A DNA stretch of 64,000 bases from Candidatus Limnocylindrales bacterium. Its GTDB lineage: Bacteria; Chloroflexota; Limnocylindria; Limnocylindrales; CSP1-4. The stretch lies in NCBI GenBank assembly GCA_049514315.1, contig JBEKVD010000001.1, positions 4,380-68,379 on the forward strand, given 5' to 3'. Of this stretch, positions 32,516 through 41,264 are shown one piece after another; within the stretch, counting starts at the first letter, position 1, and each line of letters begins with the position of its first letter. A model generated the notes under the pieces. It worked only from the letters and a program-made list of their open reading frames with translations. It was not told the DNA's origin and ran no database searches. Both the position numbers and the translations under genes were made by a program.

Positions 32516-33010
32516 TCAGCCCGTCGGAGTGGCGGCGAGCCGGCGGATCTCGGCGGCGATGGCGGCTGCAAACGCGGGCATTGCCGCGAGCACGTCCTCC
32601 GAGGGCGTCTCCCCGAACCCGAACTCGCTTGCGCCGATGCCCACGAAGGTGCCCCGCGCAGGCGAGCCGCGCAGCTCGGCGGCGAGGGCCAGGACCTGGT
32701 GCGGCGGCAGCGCGTGCGAGGAAGCGGGGCTCGCTCCTCTCCCCGCCGACCGCACCACTGCCTCGAGCGGCAGAACCACGATCCGTCCCGCGGGAATGCC
32801 AACGGCCGCATCCGCCACGACCACGGCCGCCTCTGCGGGCACGTCAAGCAATGCCTCGATGCCCAGCTGGGTCAACTCAATGACGGTGGCCAGCGCCAGG
32901 ACGTCCGCCGGCAACATGCCCGCGGCGAGTGGGGCAGCAGCATCGTCTCCGCGGAGCCGCTCCCCGCAGAGCAGGACGTGGACGCGGCCGGGTTTCGGGC
33001 GCTCGCTCAT
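32516..33010 (-). CDS. [NiFe]-hydrogenase maturation endopeptidase (HyaD/HybD/HycI family)
   Basis: 164 aa. RVHVLLCGERLRGDDAAAPLAAGML...VVVADAAVGIPAGRIVVLPLE is the characteristic metal-binding D/E/H layout of these proteases. Confidence 0.7.
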   Translation of the reverse strand: MSERPKPGRVHVLLCGERLRGDDAAAPLAAGMLPADVLALATVIELTQLGIEALLDVPAEAAVVVADAAVGIPAGRIVVLPLEAVVRSAGRGASPASSHALPPHQVLALAAELRGSPARGTFVGIGASEFGFGETPSEDVLAAMPAFAAAIAAEIRRLAATPTG

Positions 33011-33259
33011 GGGCTCAGCGGATTCTACGGCCCGAGTACGGCCATAGCGAAGGCATTCCAGCCAGCCGCGGATCGGGTGGCCGGTTGTTCGATCTCAACA
33101 GACGGACGTCCACGAGCCCTCTGGACAGGCCCAACTCCCATCCCGGTGAAGTTGGGCAAGACGCTCCCGCCCCGGTTCTCCCACCCGGTCGGACGCCAGG
33201 ACGCCGCCGCCTGCGCTCGTCGGACCGAAGATCCGCGGCGCTCGACCGCGAATCCGGGC

Positions 33260-34573
33260 TCAGTCGCGGTCGATCTCGAGCTTGAGGAAGTGCGTCGCGC
33301 AGCTGATGCAGGGATCGTAGGAGCGGATCAGCTGCTCGAGCCGGACGGTGGCCTTGGCATGCGGCAGAGACAGCACCCGCGGCGCGAACTCGGCCAGGTC
33401 CTGCTCGATCATGCCCTGGTTCTGGCCGGTGGGAGCGATGATCTGGGCGGCTGCGACCCGGCCGGCCTCATCGACGTCGTAGTGGTGCCAGCAGATGCCG
33501 CGCGGTGCCTCCGTGCCCCAACCTGTCTCGCCGGGGCGCGGGGTCCAGGGCGTGAACGCCCGAACCGGCTCTTCGTAGGTGTTGACGATATCCAGGGCGG
33601 AAGCCGACGCGTGGATCAACTCCACGGACCGGGCCGCGATAGCCCAGTACGGGTTGCTGGCGATCTGCCCGGCCAGTCCGCTGGTCTTGAGTGCCTCCCG
33701 CGCCAGCGGGTGGAGCTGGTCGGCGTTGAGGGTCACGCGCGCCGATGGGCCGAGCATGTAGGTGCGACCGTCGGTCGTTCGGGCGTGGAGCGCGTTCGTG
33801 CCCTCGTGCTGCTCCTCGTGGAACGCCTCGCGCCAGCCCCAGAGCGGCACGTCGATTCCATCGCTCGACACGATTCGGCCCTCGTTGAGGCCGTATTCGA
33901 CCGGGTGCTTGATCGCGACGTAGAGAGGATCGCGCTCGAACTTGGGGGCCTTGAAGGTGGCGACGAGCTTGAGGGTCGCCTGCGACAGGGCCAGGGCCTC
34001 CCCCAGCGGCTCCCGCATCGCCGCGATCTGCTCCCGTGTCGGCGTCCGCGAGAGCCCGCCCACCCGCATCGCCACGGGGTGGATGGCCCGGCCGCCGATC
34101 AGCTTCATGATCTCGTTGCCGGTCCGCTTCAGGCGCAACGCCTGCTCGACCACCGGCTTGTGGTCGCGGGCCATGGCTATGGCGCTCTCGTAGCCCAGGA
34201 AGTCCGGTGCGTGGAGCATGTAGACGTGGAGGGCATGGCTCTCGATCCACTCGCCCCAGTAGAGGAGCTTGCGAAGAGCTCGAACCTGGGGGTCGATCTC
34301 GACCTCGAACAGGTGCTCGAAAGCCATCGAAGCACCCATCTGGTAGGCGATGGGGCAGATGCCGCAGATGCGGGCGACGATGTCGACGACCTCGTTGGGC
34401 GTCCGACCCACGACCAGCTTCTCGAAGTAACGTGGCGCCTCGAAGATCGAAAGGCGCGCCTCGCGCACCTCACCATCGGTGATGCGGAGCCGAAGCGTGC
34501 CCTCGCCTTCAACTCGCGCGATCCCCACGACCTCGAAGTTGTGCTGGCCGGTCGCGACTTCTACCTTGGCCAT
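33260..34573 (-). CDS. [NiFe]-hydrogenase large subunit, group-3-like, 437 aa
   Basis: The N-terminal L1 motif is RICGICP, with an upstream RVEGEG in place of RIEGH[AG]. The C-terminal L2 motif is DPCISCATH followed by a 9-aa cleavable extension. A PCxSCxxH motif is typical of cytoplasmic group 3 enzymes. An AGGTGA RBS is present. Confidence 0.85.
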   Translation of the reverse strand: MAKVEVATGQHNFEVVGIARVEGEGTLRLRITDGEVREARLSIFEAPRYFEKLVVGRTPNEVVDIVARICGICPIAYQMGASMAFEHLFEVEIDPQVRALRKLLYWGEWIESHALHVYMLHAPDFLGYESAIAMARDHKPVVEQALRLKRTGNEIMKLIGGRAIHPVAMRVGGLSRTPTREQIAAMREPLGEALALSQATLKLVATFKAPKFERDPLYVAIKHPVEYGLNEGRIVSSDGIDVPLWGWREAFHEEQHEGTNALHARTTDGRTYMLGPSARVTLNADQLHPLAREALKTSGLAGQIASNPYWAIAARSVELIHASASALDIVNTYEEPVRAFTPWTPRPGETGWGTEAPRGICWHHYDVDEAGRVAAAQIIAPTGQNQGMIEQDLAEFAPRVLSLPHAKATVRLEQLIRSYDPCISCATHFLKLEIDRD

Positions 34574-34858
34574 TGGTCTGTCACCTGGTTGTATGCCTGC
34601 TTAGCTGGACCCGAGCCCTCCGAGGGTGCCCGATTCTCAGCCGTGCGGCATAGGGCCGTTTGTCGTCCTTGACCGTGCCCGTCGTTCCCTGCCAGGATGC
34701 CGTGGGGGGTACCCGGAGGGCGCCCCGGCCGCGCGGGCTGCGCGACAGCCGGCCGAGTCTGCCCGTGGCTACAATCCGGGCTGGTCCCGCGGCCGTGCCG
34801 GCGGGCCCGATTGGGAGCGACGAGATGGCAGCCCCGAAGCGGCCTTGATGGAACGACT

Positions 34859-36616
34859 GTGAGCGCCCTGGACCGCGATTGGTGGAAGCGCGCTGTCTTC
34901 TACCAGGTCTACCCGCGCAGCTTCGCCGACTCGAACGGCGACGGCGTCGGCGATCTTCCCGGAATCACCGCCCATCTCGACCACCTCAACGACGGCACGC
35001 CCGACTCGCTGGGCGTGGACGCGATCTGGATCTCGCCGTTCTACCGCTCGCCGATGGCCGACTTCGGTTACGACGTGGCCGACTACCGCGACGTCGACCC
35101 GGTCTTCGGCAGCCTCGCCGACTTCGACGAGCTCGTGGCTCGGGCGCACGGCCGCGACATTCGGGTCGTCGTCGATTTCGTGCCCAACCACACCTCGGAT
35201 CGTCATCCCTGGTTCCGGGAGTCTCGGTCGTCGCGGACGAACCCCAGGCGCGACTGGTACGTCTGGGCCGATCCGGCACCGGACGGTGGGCCTCCGAACA
35301 ACTGGCAGAGCCGCTTCCGGATCGGCAGGGCATGGACGTTCGACGAACGGACCGGCCAGTACTACCTGCATTCGTTCCTGCCCGACCAGCCCGACCTGAA
35401 CTGGTGGAATCCGGCTGTTCGGGAGGAATTCGAGGCGATCCTTCGCTTCTGGCTCGATCGGGGCGTGGACGGCTTCCGCGTCGACGTGGCGCACATGATG
35501 CTCCAGGACCCGGAGCTGCGGGACAACCCGAAGTCGCTCATCGCCCGGTCGCGTCGGATGGACGAAGACTGGCCGGAGGTCCACGAGATTCACCGCTCCT
35601 GGCGGCGGCTGCTCGATAGCTACGGCGACAGGATGGCGGTCGGCGAGGTGTTCGTTCCCGACCCGAAACGGATGGCCGCCTACTACGGCGCGGCGAACGA
35701 CGAGCTCCACCTGGTCTTCAACTTCACCTTCCTGCGCCAGCCCTGGGTCGCTTCGGCGTTTCGCGAGGCGACCGAATCATTCGAGCGGGTGCTGCCGGCG
35801 GGCGCCTGGCCCGACTACACGCTCTCGAACCACGATGTCGGTCGTGCTCGCAGCCGGTATGACTCAGGCGCGGGCGGCGGGCGCGGCCCGGTGGGTCTGG
35901 GCCGGGCCCGGGTCGCGGCGATGATGCTCCTGACCCTGCGCGGGACGCCGTTCATCTACTACGGCGAGGAAATAGGCCAGGCCGACGCCGAGGTGCCGCC
36001 GGAGCGGGCGGTGGACGTTGACGGCCGCGATCCGGAGCGGGCCCCGATGCAGTGGGCGCCGGGCCGCGGCGCCGGCTTCACGACCGGCGAACCGTGGCTG
36101 CCGATCGGGTCTGAAGCGGATCGCGTCAACGTGGCGGCGCAGCGGGGCGACCAGGGGTCGATGCTGAGCCTCTACCGCCGGCTGATCTGGTACCGGAAGC
36201 GATCGGCGCCGCTCCTCCACGGTATCTACCGCTCGCTCGATGCGCCGGAGGGCGTCTTCGCATTCGTGCGTGAGGCGGCCGGCGAGGCGCTGCTGGTGGC
36301 CCTGAACTTCACGAACCGGGAGGTCCGGTTCGACGCGGCGGCATTGTCCCCGGCGCGTTCGGAGGGAGTCGATGGCGATGGGTCGGCGGCCGGCGCCGAG
36401 CCGCGGCTTGGGGCCGGCCGTCCGGCTGCGGCTGAGCTGAGGGCCGTGGCCCAGCCACCGGCCGCGCCCAGGTCGCCCGCGCACGGCATTCTCGAGCTCT
36501 CCACCGTCGCCGACAGGCCCACGGGCCTCCCGGTTTCACTCCGGCCGCTGAGCCTCGGCCCGATCGAAGGCGTCGTTGTGCAGTTGGGACGACCCGAGCC
36601 GGCGCCGACCGTCTAA
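34859..36616 (+). CDS. GH13 alpha-amylase-family glycosidase (alpha-glucosidase / oligo-1,6-glucosidase / trehalose-synthase-like)
   Basis: GH13 conserved regions are DAIWISPFY, VVVDFVPNHTSD, GFRVDVAHM and the C-terminal FIYYGEEIG. The GTG start is chosen because the upstream part of the ORF is Arg-rich. Confidence 0.8.
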   Translation: MSALDRDWWKRAVFYQVYPRSFADSNGDGVGDLPGITAHLDHLNDGTPDSLGVDAIWISPFYRSPMADFGYDVADYRDVDPVFGSLADFDELVARAHGRDIRVVVDFVPNHTSDRHPWFRESRSSRTNPRRDWYVWADPAPDGGPPNNWQSRFRIGRAWTFDERTGQYYLHSFLPDQPDLNWWNPAVREEFEAILRFWLDRGVDGFRVDVAHMMLQDPELRDNPKSLIARSRRMDEDWPEVHEIHRSWRRLLDSYGDRMAVGEVFVPDPKRMAAYYGAANDELHLVFNFTFLRQPWVASAFREATESFERVLPAGAWPDYTLSNHDVGRARSRYDSGAGGGRGPVGLGRARVAAMMLLTLRGTPFIYYGEEIGQADAEVPPERAVDVDGRDPERAPMQWAPGRGAGFTTGEPWLPIGSEADRVNVAAQRGDQGSMLSLYRRLIWYRKRSAPLLHGIYRSLDAPEGVFAFVREAAGEALLVALNFTNREVRFDAAALSPARSEGVDGDGSAAGAEPRLGAGRPAAAELRAVAQPPAAPRSPAHGILELSTVADRPTGLPVSLRPLSLGPIEGVVVQLGRPEPAPTV

Positions 36617-36670
36617 CGCGGGCCGCGATCCGTCCGCGATGGGCGCGCGCGGTCCCGCTATAGTCGGCGA

Positions 36671-37753
36671 ATGAATCTGCCGTTTCGGCCGCCGATCGAA
36701 CCCATGCTCGCCAGGCTCACCGACGCTATCCCGACCGGCGAGGGCTGGAGCTACGAGCCCAAGTGGGACGGGTTCCGGGCCCTGGTCTTCCGTGACGGCG
36801 ACGACACGTACCTCCAGAGCCGCGACCTCAGGCCGCTTGATCGCTACTTCCCGGAGTTGCCGCCGGCGCTCAGGTCCGCGCTGCCTGAACGGTGCGTCCT
36901 CGACGGTGAGGTGGTCATCGCCGGGCCGCACGGCCTGGACTTCGACTCGCTGCTGCTCCGCATCCACCCGGCCGAATCCCGGGTCAAGCTGCTGGCGGCC
37001 CGGACGCCCGCCAGTTACGTGGCCTGGGATCTCCTGGCCGTCGACGATCACGATCTCCGCGCCACTCCCCAGGGAGAGCGGCGCGCGCTGCTTGAGGCGG
37101 CGCTGGCGGGCGCGGCGGCACCGGTCCATCTGACGCCGGCGACCCGCGATCCATCGGTCGCGGCCGACTGGTTCGGGCGATTCGAGGGCGCCGGTCTCGA
37201 TGGTGTCGTCGCGAAGCGGCTGTCCGACCCGTACATGCCCGGCAAGCGGGGCTGGGCCAAGATCAAGCACTCTCGCACGGCAGATTGCCTCGTGGCCGGG
37301 TTCCGATGGCACAAGAACGGACCGGGAACGCTGGTCGGCTCCCTCCTTCTCGGGCTGTTCGATGAGACCGGCCGATTGAACCACGTCGGGATCACCGCCA
37401 GCTTCACCACCGATGAACGGCGCCGGCTTGTCGACGAGCTGGCCCCCCTCCGCGAGAACGCCCTGGTCCGTCATCCGTGGGCGGAGTGGGCCGAGTGGGA
37501 GGAGGCGGCGCGGGCCGGCGGCCAGCGGATGCCCGGGGCGACGAGCCGCTGGAACCGCGACCGCGATCTTTCCTGGGAGCCGCTGCGGGCCGAGCGGGTG
37601 TGCGAAGTTGGGTACGACCATCTCCAGGGCGACCGGTTCCGCCATGCCACGACCTTCCTGCGCTGGCGCCCGGACAAGCGCCCTTCCGACTGCCGCTACG
37701 ATCAGCTTGAGTCGACGACCCCGTTCGAACTCAAGGCAATCTTCGGCCGGTAG
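36671..37753 (+). CDS. ATP-dependent DNA ligase, LigC-type (adenylation + OB domains only)
   Basis: Motif I EPKWDGFRAL, motif III VLDGEVV, motif V DGVVAKRLSDPYMPGKR. 360 aa. Confidence 0.85.
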   Translation: MNLPFRPPIEPMLARLTDAIPTGEGWSYEPKWDGFRALVFRDGDDTYLQSRDLRPLDRYFPELPPALRSALPERCVLDGEVVIAGPHGLDFDSLLLRIHPAESRVKLLAARTPASYVAWDLLAVDDHDLRATPQGERRALLEAALAGAAAPVHLTPATRDPSVAADWFGRFEGAGLDGVVAKRLSDPYMPGKRGWAKIKHSRTADCLVAGFRWHKNGPGTLVGSLLLGLFDETGRLNHVGITASFTTDERRRLVDELAPLRENALVRHPWAEWAEWEEAARAGGQRMPGATSRWNRDRDLSWEPLRAERVCEVGYDHLQGDRFRHATTFLRWRPDKRPSDCRYDQLESTTPFELKAIFGR

Positions 37754-39101
37754 AGGTTGCCGGGCTGAGCCTCCGGTTGCTCGGCGATACGTCGCGCCAG
37801 GGGTCGTAGTCGACCTCGAGGGACTCCTGCGGCGGCCGCTCAGCCTCCGGCACGTGCTCGAGGTTGACTCGGATCCGGTACCACAGCGTGAAGCGGCCCC
37901 GCATGCCGTCGACCAGGATGTCGGCCGGCTCGAGGTGCGCCGCGACTTGCACGTGGCGAACCTTCCAGCGCTCGAAGCCGGCCAGGGCCTCTTCCTTCGT
38001 GGCGGCGCGGGCGATCTCCAGGAGCGGCTTGGCCGAGACGCGCCGGCCGGTCGGCAAGGCTGCAGCGCCGGCTGGGGCGCCTGCGCCTCCGTCGCCGGCC
38101 GCCTTTCGGGCCCGAGACGGCATGACTCGCGGGGGTTCTCCGGGCGCCTTGGCGTAGTGCGGCGGCCACGGCGCATCGCCCTGCCCGCCCCGCTCTTGAA
38201 GCGCCGAGAGTTCGAGCAGCCGCTCCAGCGACCCCACGGCCTCGTCTATGCCGGACCCCGGGTCGCCGCTCGTGCGGAATCGCCCCGGAACCGTTGCCAG
38301 CGTGAAGTCGCCGAGTTCGCAATCGGGCAGCTCGTCCCAGGTCACGGGCGCGGAGACTCGCGCGTCGGGCACGGGCCGAACCGAGTACGCCGACGCGACC
38401 GTTCGATCCTTGGCGTTCTGGTTGTAGTCGATGAAGACGCCGTGGCGCTCCTCCTTCCACCACTTGCTCGACGCGATCGAAGGCGCGCGCCTTTCCACCT
38501 CGCGAGCGAGCGCCAGCGCAGCGCCCCGGACTTCGTCAAACGACCAGCGCCGCTCGATCCGAACGTTGACGTGGATGCCGCGCGAGCCAGACGTCTTCGG
38601 CCATCCGACCAGCCCGTGATCCGTCAGCACCTCGCGGACCACCAGGGCCACGCGGCGGATGTCGTCCCAGGGCACCCCGGGCATCGGATCCAGGTCGACG
38701 CGCAGCTCGTCGGGGTGGTCGAGATCGTCGGCCCGGATCGCGTGCGGGTTGAGGTCGAGGCAGCCCAGGTTGGCCACCCACGCCAGGCCGGCGGTGTCGT
38801 CCAGGACGATCTCGTGTGCGGTCCGGCCGGATGGGAACGACAGCTCCACCGTGCGAAGCCACTCCGGCCGCGACTCGGGGGCTCGCTTCTGAAAGAAGTA
38901 CTCTCCCTCGGCGCCGTTGACGTACCGCTTCAGGGCCATCGGACGTCCGCCGGCGCCACGGAGCGCTCCATCGGCCACGGCCAGGTAGTAGCCGACCAGA
39001 TCGCGCTTGGTGTAGCCCGGCCCGGGGAAGTAGATCTTGTCGGGGTTGGTGATCGCGACGCGCCTGCCGGCGACATCGACGACCTCGCTTCGCGTTGGCA
39101 T
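37731..39101 (-). CDS. NHEJ primase-polymerase (LigD polymerase domain, PolDom) with ~120-aa C-terminal extension
   Basis: AEP-family motifs (KIYFPGPGYTKRDLVGYY; ...SGSRGIHVNVRI; FIDYNQN). The likely start is MPTRSEV at ~39101. Its 3' end overlaps the ligase 3' end convergently by ~22 bp. Confidence 0.8.
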   Translation of the reverse strand: MPTRSEVVDVAGRRVAITNPDKIYFPGPGYTKRDLVGYYLAVADGALRGAGGRPMALKRYVNGAEGEYFFQKRAPESRPEWLRTVELSFPSGRTAHEIVLDDTAGLAWVANLGCLDLNPHAIRADDLDHPDELRVDLDPMPGVPWDDIRRVALVVREVLTDHGLVGWPKTSGSRGIHVNVRIERRWSFDEVRGAALALAREVERRAPSIASSKWWKEERHGVFIDYNQNAKDRTVASAYSVRPVPDARVSAPVTWDELPDCELGDFTLATVPGRFRTSGDPGSGIDEAVGSLERLLELSALQERGGQGDAPWPPHYAKAPGEPPRVMPSRARKAAGDGGAGAPAGAAALPTGRRVSAKPLLEIARAATKEEALAGFERWKVRHVQVAAHLEPADILVDGMRGRFTLWYRIRVNLEHVPEAERPPQESLEVDYDPWRDVSPSNRRLSPATSTGRRLP

Positions 39102-39382
39102 GACCGAACGATAGCGCCCAGGCCGCCGGAGGCCCACCGACCGGCACGGCTCGATCGCACGCCGGGTCCACCCATCGTGGTCGGTCACCGACCGGGTCGG
39201 CGCCGGAACGAGCTCACTCCGCTGGGATGCTGCGGCCGATCGATCTCGACCTGTGCTGACCGGCGCCGTGCCGAGAGGTGCGCCATCGCCTGATCCGCGG
39301 CCGCCTCAAGAAACGGACATACGGAACGGCCGCCGGGGCTCCGACGGCCGTCCGAATCCGTTGAGCGTTGGTGTGGCTGCCG

Positions 39383-40090
39383 CTAATCGTCCGTTGGCAT
39401 GTGCAGGTACATGCTCTGGATGCCGATCCGGCCGGGACCGGTGAAGCGGTTGAACACGAGATTGCCTGACCCGCCCAGGATGCCCATTCGCAGGCCGACC
39501 ACCTTGATCTCCATGCCCACGCCGGGATCCTTGTATACCCAGCCGCCCGGCTCGACGTCGAAGACCTCACCCGGGCCGAGAACCTTCTCGAAGACGTTGC
39601 CGAAGCCGTGAAGCCAGAGCATGCCCCCGCCCTGGCCGCCGGTGAACGTATCGATGAAGAAGCCAGTGCCGCCGAAGAGCATGTTCGCGACGCCCTTGAG
39701 CCGGCGGAAGCTGTATTCGACGTTCGCGGTCGCGGCCAGGAACTGGTGCTCGCGAACCTCGATCGTCTGGCCCGGAGCGAGGGCCATGTGGAAGACGTGC
39801 CCGACGCCGTCACGGCTGAACGCGATCTGCCCGGCGCCCTTGGTCTCGGTCATGAAGATCGGCATCCCGGCTACGGCGCGCTTGAAAGCACCCTTCATCT
39901 GGTGGATGCCGATATCGACCGACGGCGTCTTCCACAGCAGGATGTGGTGCTCGAAGTAGACCGGCATGGTGCCGTCTAGCTCCATCGTGAGTGCTGGCAC
40001 CAGCTGTCCGTCGGTTCGGAACTGGACGCCCGGTCCCTGCCCTTCGTCGATCGAGGTAGGCAGCAGCTTGGGGAGATACTCGGTGTGCAT
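39383..40090 (-). CDS. AIM24/DUF124 (TIGR00266) family protein
   Basis: From the MHTEYLPKLL start there is a repetitive beta-rich G-rich pattern (GGQGGGMLWLHGFGNVF...; GGSGNLVFNRFTGPG) typical of AIM24-family proteins. Confidence 0.6.
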   Translation of the reverse strand: MHTEYLPKLLPTSIDEGQGPGVQFRTDGQLVPALTMELDGTMPVYFEHHILLWKTPSVDIGIHQMKGAFKRAVAGMPIFMTETKGAGQIAFSRDGVGHVFHMALAPGQTIEVREHQFLAATANVEYSFRRLKGVANMLFGGTGFFIDTFTGGQGGGMLWLHGFGNVFEKVLGPGEVFDVEPGGWVYKDPGVGMEIKVVGLRMGILGGSGNLVFNRFTGPGRIGIQSMYLHMPTDD

Positions 40091-40479
40091 CGGTCCCTCC
40101 ATCTGCCCGCTCTGCAGCGGGCGGTGCTCACACTCTAAGGCAGCCGGGACGCCCTGGATACCGGACCACCGGACCCGTGGGCTTGTCGCGCTCCGTGATG
40201 TGCCGCTCGAAACACCCGGGCGCCGACCTGCGTTCACCTGGCGCTGTGCGGCTTCGGCCCACCTGGATCAGGAAGCCGACCAGAGCGGCGCGGCGTTCGG
40301 CGCCGGGGCCGAGGCGGACGGAATCGAACTCGATCGGGCGCAGCGGCTCGCGGGCGAACCCAGTCCCGCCAGCCGTCGTGCCGGGCGAGCTTCGAGCGCC
40401 TGGCCCGGCCAGTCGGCGCTCGGAGCAGGTTCCGGGCGCCGGCCCGTGAAGGCCGGGGATCTGACCCGCGAACTGCCCC

Positions 40480-41190
40480 CTACTTCGCCTTCAAGGCGGC
40501 CAGTCGGGCATCGACCTCAGTCGCATCCTGCTCGCCCTGAAGCGCGGAGAACTGGTCATCGAGCGAGGTGGCGTTGACCTCGGCCATGCCGCGAGCCATC
40601 GCCTCCTGGCGGCGGATCTTCTCCTCGTACTGGCTTAGCTCGCTCGTGGGATCCATGACCGAGACGTTCTTCAGGGTCTGCTGAACCTGCGTCTGGGCCT
40701 GCGCCATCTTCGCCCGGGCCACCAGCTCGTCGCGCTTCTGGACCAGCTCGTCGCGGCGGATCCGCATCTTGGTAAGACCGTCCTTGAGCTGATTGACCAG
40801 ATCGGTCTGCTGGGCAATCTGCGTCTGGAACGTCTTGACCTGGTTCTCGAAGCTGATCTGCCGCCCCAACGCCAGCTTGGCCAGGTCGTCGAACTTATCC
40901 GCGCCCGCGGTGTCGCCCGTGGCCCGAACCTCGTCGGCCTTCTTGGAGGCGGCGGCCGCCTTGGCGCCCCAGTCGGCCGCGGCGTCCTGCACCTCCTTGG
41001 CGTCGTCCTCGACCATGCGGAGGTTGCCGATCGTCTGGGCGACGGCGTCCTCGGCCTCGCTCATGTTGTTGGTGAAGTCCCTAACGAGCTGGTCGAGCAT
41101 CTTCTCCGGATCCTCGGCGCCGTCGAGAAGCGAGTTGATGTTTGCCCGGAGCAGCTGGCCGACACGCCCCAGGATCGTCGTCTGAGCCAT
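40480..41190 (-). CDS. pspA: PspA/IM30 (phage-shock protein A) family coiled-coil protein
   Basis: MAQTTILGRVGQLLRANINSLLDGAEDPEKMLDQLVRDFTNNMSEAEDAVAQTIGNL is the conserved PspA N-terminal helix. The rest is coiled-coil. Confidence 0.8.
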   Translation of the reverse strand: MAQTTILGRVGQLLRANINSLLDGAEDPEKMLDQLVRDFTNNMSEAEDAVAQTIGNLRMVEDDAKEVQDAAADWGAKAAAASKKADEVRATGDTAGADKFDDLAKLALGRQISFENQVKTFQTQIAQQTDLVNQLKDGLTKMRIRRDELVQKRDELVARAKMAQAQTQVQQTLKNVSVMDPTSELSQYEEKIRRQEAMARGMAEVNATSLDDQFSALQGEQDATEVDARLAALKAK

Positions 41191-41264
41191 GAATGCGATC
41201 TCCCTTCTTGATGTCCTGTTGTTCTGACCGTCGAAATCCGTAGAAGGTTCGCGTCCCGGCTGGC

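Noticed and set aside
32288-34672. 794-aa plus-strand ORF across the hydrogenase protease and large subunit
   Set aside because: It is antisense to a large subunit with both Ni-binding Cys motifs. The translation is Arg/Gly/Asp low complexity.
36536-39293. Long ORFs 36536..38176 (-) and 37413..39293 (+) overlapping the ligase and PolDom genes
   Set aside because: They are opposite-strand frames of genes with diagnostic ligase and AEP motifs. No domain content.
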